From positions 1-64,000 of the forward strand of contig LWCA01000025.1 in the NCBI GenBank assembly GCA_001642005.1: a DNA stretch of 64,000 bases. Direction: 5' to 3'. Below, one piece after another: positions 38,201 to 50,934 of this stretch; within the stretch, counting starts at the first letter, position 1, and every line of letters starts with the position of its first letter. The notes beneath the pieces are model-generated. The model had not been told where the DNA came from. It ran no database searches and saw only the letters and a list, made by a program, of their open reading frames with translations. Source of the DNA: Intoshia linei (Eukaryota; Animalia; Orthonectida). The position numbers and the translations under genes were made by a program.

Positions 38201-40547
38201 TTAACTAAATGAATCGTATAATATTATGAATACAATATCGATGAACAATTTTAGTCAAATTTCAAAAATTAGATTTCAATAACTAAAAATAAAGTTCATT
38301 TGTATATATTAAAAAATTTGTAACTATCGATTTTCATTTTAAGTTTAAATTTAATTTTATTTATTTTAATTTTTCAATCTTGTTATCATAGTGTAATTTT
38401 TAACACAAAATATACAAGACACTAGGTTGACTGTTATGTTCTACGTACAAATAAACCTAGCTCTGCCGAGGGCACATTTTTATTATACTTAAAAAATAAA
38501 TTCACGTTAAAAATCTAATTTAAAAATCCTACTATTCACTATTATCAATCCTTTAAAGGAGTGGTTCCCAAATTTGTTTCAGGTGAAACCATCATATCAC
38601 TTTTTATTTTAAAGTGAATTATTCCATCTCAATTTTTTGTTTGTTAACATTTAAAAATAAAGTAAAAACACTTAAATCCTAAAAATTGTCAAAAATAGCA
38701 TAAATTCCAGAAAAAATAAAATTATAAAAATTAAAATTATAAAATTATATATTACAAATGGAATACGACTATAAATATAAAAATGATATTAACAAAGTTG
38801 TTTTAGTTTCGTTTTTTAGTTTCAATTTAAATGTTATTCAAAATGTTTTGAAAATGAGAATTTAAAATTTAAAAATTGCGTAGCAATGAAAAAAATTCCG
38901 AAGGAATGAATTATGTAGATTTTCACACATATGTGTTTATTGGAAATGTGTAGACGTTCACTGCATATTTTTTTTTTTTAAAATTGTAGGATCAATATTT
39001 ATATTTTCAATTTTTATTTTAATCGATTTATTTGAAAAATATTGGTTGATAATATATTAAAAGTATTTTTCACCCGGGAATGCGTAGATTCCTCGGTTTG
39101 AACTTTAGTGTTTATATTAACTGGAATAAGCTCTATCAAAAAATCTTCTTTTTTTAATTTTCGGACCATTAATTATTTCATATTTTTTGTTTTAAAAAAA
39201 TATTTTGAAAAATTATATGAATACTAAAATACTTTTTTGACCGTGAAGTCGTCACTTATTTAGATCGAAATTTTCTGTGTGTGTTAACAGGATACAACTG
39301 TACAACCTGTAAATTTGTGAAATTCTAGGGCTGTTTTCATTAAAAGAAGAATGGTAATTTGTGGTTTTGGCCCTGAAGATATAATTTTTTTAAATTCTCC
39401 AACTCGTTTGATTTTCAAAAAAATAATTTGGGTTTTTGACCCATAAGATGTGAGTTTAGGAGGTTGAAATTAAGTTTGCGAACACCCCCGAAAAAAACTG
39501 TAATTGAAATGTGAACTTTATAAAAATCTAAGACACGTTGTTATTTGCTAGTTATTGAATTATATTGAAATATAAATTTTAAAGTTAAAAAATACAAATA
39601 GAAACACCTGAGAATGTGCATAATTAGCTAATTTCTACTCAGTAATAAACAGATAAGCAAGTATTTACCTAAAATTTACATACTCATTAACGGAATTTAA
39701 ATAATGATTTGGCATAATATACATAATGTTGAGTACATTAAATTTTAACTTTAAATTTTAAAGTGTAAACAATTTTTCACAATGTTCAAATCAACACTTG
39801 AATAATGACCAGACTGACACTGTGCACCCTCGGCGATTTGTTAAAAATTTAAATTGTATGATTTATCCACTTCAACACAATAAAAATGTAAATTAATCAT
39901 AACATTCATCAATCATTGATTTAACATTATAATATTAAATTTTTTTAATTCATTTTCAATTTAATTCTGTTTTTTTTCATTTTTTCAACCAAAAAATTTA
40001 TAATATTAACAATGATTGTAAATAGCAGATGTAGCATATTGTAATTCATCAATTTTTAAATTTTGTAAAATGACTTAATTTTATGACTTTTGACACTAAT
40101 TTGTTTTTACTCACCTATGACACTATGAATTTTATTTAAAAACATTATAGAAAAATATAAATTTATCCAGGCACATGAAACTATATTCAACCCAGTAATG
40201 ATAATATGAAACATTTTTTAAAATATTTATACATTTTTATTTATAAATTAGATGCATGTACATTATCAGATCCAAGTCATGTTGATTGCTTACAAGAACA
40301 AGCGCAATGTGCGCTAGAAGAATATACGAGATTACATTACCCAAATCAACCTAGTCGATTTGGTAGATTACTTTTGCGTTTACCATCAATAAGAATAATC
40401 AACTCTTCAATCATAGAACAGTTATTTTTTGTCCGTCTTGTTGGAAACACTCCTATTGAAACCCTAATACGAGACATGCTACTTGGCGGAAATTCATTTT
40501 CTGCATGGAATTATATGATTCCTACACCATTATCTTCTTCAATATAA
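35246..40547 (+). CDS. NR2F (COUP-TF): COUP-TF / seven-up nuclear receptor (NR2F), about 650 aa
   Basis: Exons 35246-36039, 36075-36349, 37379-37966 and 40252-40547 total 1953 nt in frame. [51 protein letters not shown]; [51 protein letters not shown]. Confidence 0.97.
38422..39533 (-). mobile_element. Helitron-like copy in COUP-TF intron 3
   Basis: 3' end GTCAACCTAG|T with upstream GCCCTCGGCAGAGCTAG. Collinear with 15223-17448 but lacks the 15510-16370 insert and the 5' terminus. Confidence 0.75.
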
Positions 40548-40664
40548 AACAATCATATTTGTATCCGCTCATAATCAAATTTAAAATATCAATATTATAT
40601 ATATATATATAAATATCACTTGTTAAATTATTTCTATAATTAAATACGTTCAAAATTTATACTT

Positions 40665-40920
40665 TTATTTCAGCATATCACAAATGGTTTTATTTAGAAT
40701 TATCAATTTTTGTTCGTTTTCACGTATACAGTCTATCAAAACAGCGTATTGTGCCAAATGCCTTCCTTTTGGTCGAATGTTTAACCTTTTTAAATTTTCA
40801 AAATGAAAAGCACTTTTATTTTCAGCGGTTTTGCTTCCATGCGAAAATTGTTCAGTTTCATTGATAATGTCAAAATATAAATCTTCTTCTTCCAAGTTGA
40901 TTGGATGTTTCAATTTCCAT
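40665..40920 (-). CDS. terminal exon of an unidentified gene, convergent with COUP-TF
   Basis: Acceptor TTAATTTCTAG precedes a stop-free frame WKLKHPINLEEEDLYFDIINE...RPKGRHLAQYAVLIDCIRENEQKL..DMLK*, with coding-like composition. Phase-compatible upstream exons at about 41840-41899 and 41953-41972 are tentative. Confidence 0.55.
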
Positions 40921-41020
40921 CTAGAAATTAATATTGTGGAATATATAAAATTTAAAAACAAGTGGGAACCCTTGTTCTATGCGAAATTATAATCCTATTT
41001 ATTAACAATTTAAAAACAAA

Positions 41021-41460
41021 TCCTTTCTTACATAAAATTTAATGTCCGTGTGTGTTACCGTTTAATTTAAAAATTAACACTTTTAAAATTTATTAAAACT
41101 AAACATCCAATACAGTTTTTTAATTGGGATGTTTTACAAATTTCATATTGAAAAATTGAGTCCTTCAGGGTCAAAATTCTCATTTACCTTATTTAAAAAT
41201 AAAATCGGTCTTAGAATTTTAAAAATACATAATTTTGGGATGCGTTTAAAATCATTAATATTTTCATAAATCTGAACCTCAAAAACTTACATCTTCATGG
41301 TTAAAAGCTCGAATTAACTTATTTTAAAAATTAAAACATTCACAGAATTTTAATTCTATTGAATTGAATTTTAACATAAATTCTGCAATAGTTTTTAAAA
41401 TCAAAAAATTAGCATAAATCGCAACCCAAAAACAACCCACATTCTAGGATTTAAACAAAT
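41021..41460 (+). mobile_element. Helitron-like 5' fragment
   Basis: A|TCCTTTCTTACATAAAATTTAATGTCCGTGTGTGTTACCGTTTAA is homologous to the 26878 start and to the 31135 and 51553 reverse copies. Confidence 0.6.
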
Positions 41461-41507
41461 CACTGATGATTATCGGTAATATTATAATAGTTATTTTTAG
41501 TTAACAT

Positions 41508-41660
41508 AAAGTGGCCAGAAAAAATACGTACTATCAATTTTAGTTTATTTGGTGATAAATGTAAAGCCAAAACTACTTATCTATGATGCCGAACAAAAAT
41601 TTTCGGCTTAAATTTGATTCCAAATAAACTAAAAGTGATAGTACGTATTTTTCTGGCCCC
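41508..41660. mobile_element. small TIR element; a partial inverted copy is nested in the MITE at about 1010-1115
   Basis: GGCCAGAAAAAATACGTACTATCA / TGATAGTACGTATTTTTCTGGCC. TAGTTAACAT occurs on both flanks. Confidence 0.7.
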
Positions 41661-42088
41661 TAGTTAACATACACATAGAAAATTAATTTACAAATTACAA
41701 AATGTTCATCAAATAATTGCCAATGAAAAGTTTGACACTAATTTTTAAAAATTTATAAAATAAACTCAAATTTCTTTGCGGCGCACTTTAACTTTACCTA
41801 TGGCGCACCAATTAAGAATCACTGGTCTAATTAGTTTACCTTAAGGTCGTAAAAATACATGGCAAATGCTTACACAGTTCAAATATTGCATACCTCAACC
41901 TTTACTTTGTTAAAACACTAAAAAACCTTTAAATATTTTATTTTTGTATGACCATGTGACATATGTCATCATCTTTGGAGAATGTTAATTTATTAATTAA
42001 TTAACTATGGAAAAATCTGTATGAAAATGTGAATACGTACTATTTTGATGGCACCTGTGTAAATACAGTATATATAATAAACAAAAAA

Positions 42089-45000
42089 ATGTTTGAAATA
42101 ATAAACGAAAAATTTAATTGTATAAACTACCCATCTAAAACTAAAAAATACATAGTTATTATTGTACTAATTTTACTCGTTTTAATTGCTGCAATTTTTA
42201 TTATTATTGCATCTATAAAGGTAAATCTTCAGTAATTTAATACATAATTATAAATAATTACATTTGTATTGTATAAATTTTATACAGCAACGTCAAACAA
42301 TGTGTATTTAAAACTCAAACCGAAAGACGTCAAATCAGATAATCATGGATGTAATAGATTAAATATACACTCAACTAATTTAATTTTTTAAATTAACGTA
42401 TGCTTTTGAGTTATCAAAACATTTTTTAGAAAGAATCCTATATTTTGTTATTAATTAATTCATACAGATCAAAACAAATATATTTTTCAAAGTTAGCCTA
42501 CTAACGTGAAAAGTTAATTTAAATTTTTTTACAAGTGGTTCATTGTCAAAAAAGTTAGAAAACCACTGATTTAAACACATAACTGATAACAACTTGTTAA
42601 TATTAATATTAACGTAAAATTTATTTAAATAGAAAAACGTCTGCACAAACTACGAATGCCTTAAAATAAGTGTATACATGACTAGCAGGATGAATAGATC
42701 TGCAGACCCATGTGATAATTTTTATAAATATGCATGTGGAAATTTTAAACAACTAAATGATGTGTCAATAAGACACAACCTAGAGGACAAAGTGTCATTT
42801 TTAACACAAATCAGTGATATTTCAATAAAACATGTAATAAAAATAATAAACAAATATATTAATATAAAATTTATAGAAATTGAAAACGGATGCATTGAAA
42901 TTTAAAAATAAAAAATCTACAGCCATGATGAAGCTGAAAAAAACATACTTTTTGTGTTCGTATGTCCATTCTTATACCAAATATCTTAAAAATTTTGACA
43001 TTATTGATGCCTATTTTTCTTTCGATCATAGATACAATGATAATTCAATACATTATACTATAGCACGAATTTATAATTACACAGAAATTTTACCTTTTTC
43101 AGATTTATATGTATCGCTATATAATAAAAAAAGAATTATCAAAGTAAACAAAACAATGTAACTTTTAATAATGTACTTCAATTTTAGATTAACTTTCATT
43201 ATGATCAACATGACTTATTGTTTTATCCATCACAGTTATATAATGGATATCGATACAAAAATGTTATCATTGAATCATTGAAACAAATGGGTTATGTCAT
43301 TACAATTAAATTGCTCATAGATATTAAAAAACTAGTTCATTTCATTGAACATGTAGGTACCGTGCTGAATCATTGTAAACACATAAAAATGAATTCAAAT
43401 AAAACTATATACATTAAATTGATAATTATCAATGGAGTGATAATATATATCATTATAGATGCATATGAAATTTATCAAATTGATATTTGTTAATATTCAA
43501 CCAGATGACATAATTCAATTAAAAATGAATAAATGCTCATACAAATTATTAAAAATGCTTAAAGTAACCGATAAAGCGTATAATTACTATACTTATATCA
43601 CCGTCCATAGAAATAAAATATCTAAGTATGTGTACAAAACCGATATTTCGGAATAAAATTTGACAAGTCCAACCAAACAGTGTTATAGGCTATCTAGGTT
43701 TATCACCGTGTAAATGTGCATACCTTTAGTTATAATGCCACTGTGTATACATTTGTACATTGACTATGTGTATTACATATTATAGAGTATTTTTTTAGAG
43801 TTTTAAACAATTACGTACTATGGTCGGCATATATGAAAGTCATACATTTTGTATCTCAAACACAATTCAATATCGTAGACAAATACTTGAGGCATGATAG
43901 GAAGTATAGAAATAATATCAATTGCATAAGTTTTATCAAAATATACATGACTGAGGCAGTTAATGCGATTTATTTAGAAAATTTGTAATTTATAGATTCA
44001 TTAAAGTTTTAAAATAAATATATGTATATTTATACTATACAAATACATTTCTTTTTTCGCAATGATATATACATGCTACAATCTGTAGTTACATTTTTCA
44101 TTTTACTGAAATTCAGTAATTGTTTTACTAGTAAAAAATAATTTTAACCCTAAAAAAATCAATTATGCATACTAATTATAATTAATAAATTTAGAGACAC
44201 AGCAGCTATCAATTTTTTTAATAATCAAAAATTGCAAGAATTCAAACAAATAACTATACTTCATGTAAAAAAAAATAATTGGCTACATGATACAATGAAA
44301 AATTTAATATTTAATCACATATCAAATATTAAATTAATAAATGCAAGTATTTATCAAAATAGTTCCGTTATTGATTCATTTTACAATACTTTGAATCTTA
44401 CTGAAAGTGACAGTTTCTTATCGGTGTATTATTCTATTATGAAGTTTCGTATAAATAGAATCGTTAAACGATACACTGCTAATACATCTGAATAGTAATT
44501 TTTTTACTTATTAATTATTTGAGTCTAATTATTAGACAGTTTTTTTAAATCGAAATTAAAGTTGCACAAATACCAAAAATAAGGGGGTCTCACATTCACC
44601 TGAAACACAATTAAAAACACTGAGTATGCATTTTCTAATTTAATCTAAAAGTTAATTCCCAACCCTAAACAACTCTCCGAGGCTCTTAACTTGACGTTTT
44701 AAATGTAACACTTAAAATAGTTGATATTAAAGAATAGAATTATTTTAATTTGCAAAAATGTGGCGACCATTTTATAAAATTTTGTTGATACCTTTCCAAG
44801 AAGGATTTTTGGTAGAGTAGGTTCTGTATTGTATACTATACATATTTAACATTGAGATTCAATTAAAATACAAAAAATACAGATATGTTATCACAGTAAT
44901 TATTATGTACTTGTCAAAATATTTATTTTGCATCTTTTTCAACGTGTGGGCGCAAAAATTTTAAAGAATATAAATATTGAAGAAACCAATGTTTATGCAT

Positions 45001-48000
45001 ATATTTATACGTACTGTATGTACATTGCACAATGCAGTGCAAAGGCAGTGCTTTCCAACTAAGTTAGATGCGATTTCAATTTCAATCAAATATTTTTCGG
45101 GTACATTAATTAGTTATATTTAGTATATTATAATATTATAATGGAAAAACATTATTTTCCGAAAAAATTATTACTAAGCGATTCTTTTCGAATAAAAATA
45201 TTATGTCGAACAAATATGAAAATTAATGTAATTTATAATAGATAATAAAATTAATGAAAAATTTGTGTATTTTTGTATAAATTATAACATATATAATTAT
45301 ATATTATAATATTTCAAAAATTTGCGACCCCTCTAGAATACACCTGCAACATAAAAATGTTTTGCGACATACGTGTTTGAAAGCAATGTATTATAGTGTC
45401 ATTTTAAATTAATATTTTAGCAATGTTTATGCGCCAGAGTCGCTACTTATTGCAATTATTTTTTTAATTATTAACTATTTTAGTTTAATAAAAGAATTCT
45501 TACCAAATGCAGCATATTATTTTTTTGAAAATAAAATAAATGTTAATTCGGGATTATTGAGACCGCCAATTTATAATACATCAAACATGTAAATTTATTT
45601 ATATTTATAAATAATATCACTACATCATATTTTTCTAATAAAAAAGAGTGGACACCCTAATACAGACCCGTCCATATGTTTTGAGCACCTTATAAAATCT
45701 TTAATTATTTTATTCATAAATGTTTTTCATTAATTTATTTTATATTTCAAAGAATGTAAATATGATCGCAAGTTATTAATTAAATTTGAAGATTGTTAGA
45801 TAATTATCTATTAATCTAATATCTAATAATTATAATTATTAGATATGAGAATGATGATATTAAATTTTAATAATTATAGTAATTCATGTTTTAATATTTC
45901 TGCCATTTACTGAAAATACGTCATCGAATCTTCTCGGTATAGACTCATAAAGTTTTTTGATATAATCGTTATATTTTATAAAATTCTTCATTTTTTAATC
46001 TCCATAGTGATTTAAAATTTTGAGGACCTCGTTGACCCACCCTTTTCTTTAATTGACTTTAAATTTTTCGATTATATTCAAATCTGGGCTTTGTGGCGGC
46101 CAATTTGGTAGCATATTTAGATGCTGACTTTGTATCAATTGGCTCGTAAATCGTGACGTATGAGATGAAGCACCATCTTGTTGTAGAATATATATTGTAT
46201 CATGCATTTCGCACATACGTTTCCAAATATTACCATATTCATGCGAATTAACGCGATTAAAGCATCGAACAAGCAATCTTTTTCTCTTCTGCATAATCGC
46301 ACCCCGGACCATAATACTTGGAGAGAATTTGACAGTGGCGTGGACATGTGACAATCTATATCTAGTATTTTTTCACCGTCTTATATACTTCATAACTCTA
46401 GAGTTTAGATTTATCTTGGTTTCATCGCTATAAACGACAAAATCCCAATCATGCCCAGACCAGTCTCGACGGTTTTGGCACCAGTTCAATCTCTTTCTCT
46501 TTTTCAAAGTTTTCAAATAAGGCTTTTTCACTGCAATGCGTTCAAATAAACCGCTACATCTTAGACAACGTTTAACAGTACCGAGACTAACTTTTGAATC
46601 CGATGTATCGAATTTTGGAGCTTATTAGCAGTCAAGAAAGGGTTTGATTTTGCTTTAATTTTTAATAAACGATCCTACCTGACTGACATTTTTCTTGGTC
46701 TTTTTTTTTTAGGTCCATTAATTAGATGTAGACCTTTTTAATTATTTCTTGAACTGCTGCCTGAAGACAGAAAGCTGTCTTACAATTTTTAGTTGGGTAT
46801 ACCCTCTATTGAAATATGTGACAACCATTTCGCACTTCTAAATATTTATTTGACCTATCTAGTTAAAATTTCAAATAAGAATAATATTAATTACCTATAT
46901 AGCAAAAAATACGTTTTTGAAATTAATGTAAGTAAAAGTGCTCAAAATATTTGAAATATTGTTATTTATAAATAAATCAGTTTTTATTAAATTTAATATA
47001 TTGTCGCAATCAACAGTATTTTTTAAGGAATGGAATTTGTGTTATTAAGTACATGAGCCACTTAAAAAAATTATAAAATTGAAATTTTATACAAATTGCG
47101 GCGATTTTACTAAGTGCTCAAAACATATAGACGGATATGTATACTACATCGATCATGTCAAACTCAAATACGTTTCGGGCCGCATCATAAAAATTTTCTT
47201 ACCATCAACTTTGGTACATATATAGAACATATATTGGTACAATATACAATAATTTAATTATAGACAAAGTATTAATTATGGATCATATGGAGCTATGCTA
47301 GGACATGAAATTACACACGGATTACAAACTTTTTGTAAACTTTAATATTTATTTCTAAGATGTTAATATTAAAAAATAAATTAATCAGTAAAATCTGAGA
47401 GTTGAAGAATTATCGCAAATAAAAAAATTACTCATAACACTGAAACATACAATATTGTCATTGGGCTGAAGTAAAATCCTGTATGGACAGACATTTTGCA
47501 ATTTTTGATTAATCGCCTGTACCCGTCCTAAAGTTTTTATTTTATAAAGATCCGTATTTGTCGTCTTGAGCAAAACGTCATGAAAAAGATTAGGGGCCAC
47601 ATGACCCAGATGTACAATCATGAGGGCTTAACATTTGAAGTTATTAATAGTTTATGGTGAACACATTTTTAAACAAAAACGGTCCATTAAACCATGTTAA
47701 AAGATTCTCCTACTTTTGTCACGGCGGGCCGGTAACAAATTATAAAATTTTAAACGAAGTTTCTTGACTAATTTTGACATTTGATATGAATAATTTGATA
47801 AAAAACGTAATAAATTGACTTGTAATTAGTAAAATGTATTCATAATTTTTTCGCAGACCAGTATTTGAGAAAATCTGGATTAAACCATATATAATTATAA
47901 TCATTTTTTAAATTCTAGTACAGTTAACTATTTCAAATTTTTTATTTTCATAAAATACTTTTGCAAATTACAAAAAATGAATAATAAAGTGGTTTTTTGA

Positions 48001-49379
48001 CCGTGAAGAGGTCACTTTGTTAGATTGAATTGTTTATGCAAGTTAACTGGATATAAAATTATCAGCTGTAATTTTTTTTTAAAATTTTAGGACTATTGTC
48101 ATTTTTTAAAAAAAGAGAAACTGGGTTTCGACCGTGAAAATGCAGTTTTTTGGGGTTTTCATTGATGGTAATGCTTATGAAAAACTAAAAAATAAAAATA
48201 AATTTTTAAATATGTATTTGTTCGATAACTTATCCTATATTATTGTGTGGAGTTTTCTATGATATAGACATATATCCATAATGATATGTATTTAGATGCA
48301 AGAAATATAGACACTATCAGAGGCTCATTTGATAATAATTTAATTTATAAAAAAAAAAGAAAATGTATCATTGACCAATACAGTCATGTCAACATTAGTG
48401 GAGTTATGTTGAATGGAGAGAAAACTATATACGAAGATATTGCTGATTTAGGCGGAATTAAAATAGGTTATAAGGCTATGGAACATGCAAAAAATCTAAT
48501 CAATCAGAAACTCATCAACTTTGAAAAATTTACAAAAGAACAAATGTATTTCTTATCATATGCACAGGTAGTGCCATACATTTAACATATTTAACAATCC
48601 ATTTACCATGTATATCATACACCAGCCAAGAAATTTATAATTATTGAATATTTATATGTATTTATGAATAATTATTAATATTGAAGGTTTATATACGTAA
48701 TAATAATAATAAAATAATAACTTTGAAATACATAATGTATATAAATTATTATATATTCTTTCTTTATTATGTAGTACTTGAATATAGTTTTAGAGCTATT
48801 GTCATTCTTACCCTGACTACCATCTCAAGCATATGGTATTTCAGCAGCATCATTCTATACATGAAGCAAGGTACATAAAGCTATATAGAATACAGTGGAG
48901 GCTTCACTGTTATATTTAAATACATCTAAAATACAATACGCTTTTAAAATTTTTTAATCATTACAGAAATTTTTTTCAATGTACGCTTAAATAAAGTTTT
49001 ATGTAATACAGTATTCTCTCTATAACTCGCGATTTTTTTTTTTTTTGAAAAAGTTGGCGAGATAGAAAATTTAAAACTATAGAAACATCAGATAAAATCT
49101 TTAAATGAAAGGTTAAATTGCAATAAAATGTAAATTGTAATATAAAATAATAATATTTTGAAAAATTCTAACGTTCTAAAACTTTTAGTTTATAATTTAA
49201 ATTAATGGCGAGTTAGAGAATTAGCGAATTATAGAGTTTGCGAGTTGTGGAGAGAATACTCTATTTAAAAATATTTTAGAGTAAATATGCCTCTATCAAA
49301 TTTTGATAAATTTTCGAAAGCATTCAAGTGTTCTCTTCAAACCAATATGAATTTAAAAGATAAATGTGCGTTATGGTGA
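42089..49379 (+). CDS. neprilysin/ECE-like M13 zinc metallopeptidase, type II membrane, divergent
   Basis: N-terminal TM anchor (42089-42220); CTNYEC..MNRSADPCDNFYKYACG (from 42633); PNAAY..N.I....GLLRPP (about 45500); NYGSYGAMLGHEITHG (about 47275-47325); NGEKTIYEDIADLGG; YFLSYAQ; HS...R-VN..LSNFDKFSKAFKC..MN..KCALW* (stop 49377-49379). Not all central exons were resolved. Confidence 0.88.
45663..47139 (-). mobile_element. full-length but mutated Tc1-like transposon in the M13 gene intron
   Basis: TIRs CAGACCCGTCCATATGTTTTGAGCAC / GTGCTCAAAACATATAGACGGATATG with TA on both sides and an inner direct repeat at about 46935. Transposase remnants WDFVVYSDETK and LQQDGASSH..NWPPQSPDLNIIE, with frameshifts. 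Confidence 0.92.
49009..49261. mobile_element. Tigger/pogo-type MITE
   Basis: TA|CAGTATTCTCTCTATAACTCGC ... GCGAGTTGTGGAGAGAATACT(C)|TA. A related left end occurs at 59952. Confidence 0.75.
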
Positions 49380-49568
49380 AATTAAAATATATAATGTATG
49401 CGTTAAATTTAACTTAAATAAGTCTTCTCCAAAAATTTTTTTAAAATTAATTAAACATGAAAAATACTAATATTATATGGAATATAGTATACTATCTGAA
49501 AAATCCGGATTTTACGCAGTAAAATCAAACAAGCTATGGATTCTAGTGTATATTTAAAGAAATTAAAT

Positions 49569-50934
49569 TTACTCGTGTTCGCTCTTCATTTTTTCATTAC
49601 CAGACAAATTTTTCAAATTATTATAATTATTCGATTGTAGAGTAGTTTCCAATTTATTAACAAGAACGCCGACCAAAATGTTAACAATAGCAAAAGATCC
49701 CACAGTAATAATAACCATTCCAAAAATCCGAGTATAAACACGATATTCGTATTTTGTATTTTTAATAATATCAACCCAACCATCTTCCGTCAGAAAGACA
49801 AAAATGGAAAACAAACAAGTTCCAATGTTATTAAAATTATTATTGACAGTGTGAAAAGAAAAAAATCCAATTATCGATATTGGAATAATTGCAATTGTAA
49901 TAACGAGAATAATTTTTGATATGGGAATAACCGCATTACTAAGAGTTTGAATCATAATCCGGAGTCCAAAAATGGATCTATATTTTTGAAAAAATTTCAT
50001 GTGTGCCAAATCATATATAGAAGATATCAGCCATACACACAAATAATACGACAAATGTGGTTTTATTATAGCAATAAATATAGATGTTACACATATTATA
50101 TTATTGAAATCATAGATAAATAAATATATAGTTGGTGTATAGATATATATTATAAAACATCTAATCATAAATATTAAGGCGGTTATTTGATCAATTATGT
50201 ATATTGAGTAAAATTCCGTCTCATTCATATACACTTTATTTAATCGCCATATAAGAGATGTTGTGTGCATTATACATGTCAATATGATTATGAAATCTTT
50301 TAATATGTTTAAATAAATGAATGCTTTCTTGTATTCACCTAAATTGCAATATTTTTTAGATACAATTATGTAATATATCAATAAAATGCAGACATATGTA
50401 ATACAGTAAACGCTCAAATAATGAATTGCATCGAACGAGCAACATAATAGTAACCTGTAATTTAATATTATGCTTAAAAGTTATCAAATCCTGGTGAAAA
50501 TAAACCATTTTTTAAAAAATGGCCAGTTCGCGAGCGTTTGACTGATAATTCCTAGATAATGAAATTTGATCACAGTTTATCAACAAATTTGATTTTTCAA
50601 AATTAAACTGTTTAACATATTTTAACTTATTTATAAAACACTATAATCACATGAAACGTAGATTCATTATGATTTAGTCACATTTTTGTATTTATATATC
50701 AAAAATTCCATTAACTAACAATTATAATAAATTTAAATAAAATAAACTTGTTTCGTCAACTGATCCAGGTTCATTATTTATATCCTGCTTAGAATTTATT
50801 TCAGTTGAAAATTTTTCTTGTTTTTGTTCAATGGTCGGCCAAAAAAATTGAGGTTTGACAAAATTTAATTTTATTCTGTTGACAATTATTATCCTTCTGA
50901 CTACTCTTTGCCACAACTTTATATAATGAGACAT
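49569..50934 (-). CDS. single-repeat cation channel subunit, CatSper-like (pore closest to CatSper4 as recalled); 5' exon structure unresolved
   Basis: Large exon 50454-49569 encodes GLRIMIQTLSNAV (S4-S5 linker), S5, pore NFNNIGTCLFSIFVFLTEDGWVDI and S6 IITVGSFAIVNILVGVLVNKL. Linkage to the ATG exon at 50934 could not be spliced cleanly. Confidence 0.7.

Noticed and set aside
42288-42350. Possible extra M13 exon (AG...GT bounded)
   Set aside because: In the phase set by exon 1 it reads QRQTMCI*; exon 1 splices in frame directly to 42633. Left unresolved.
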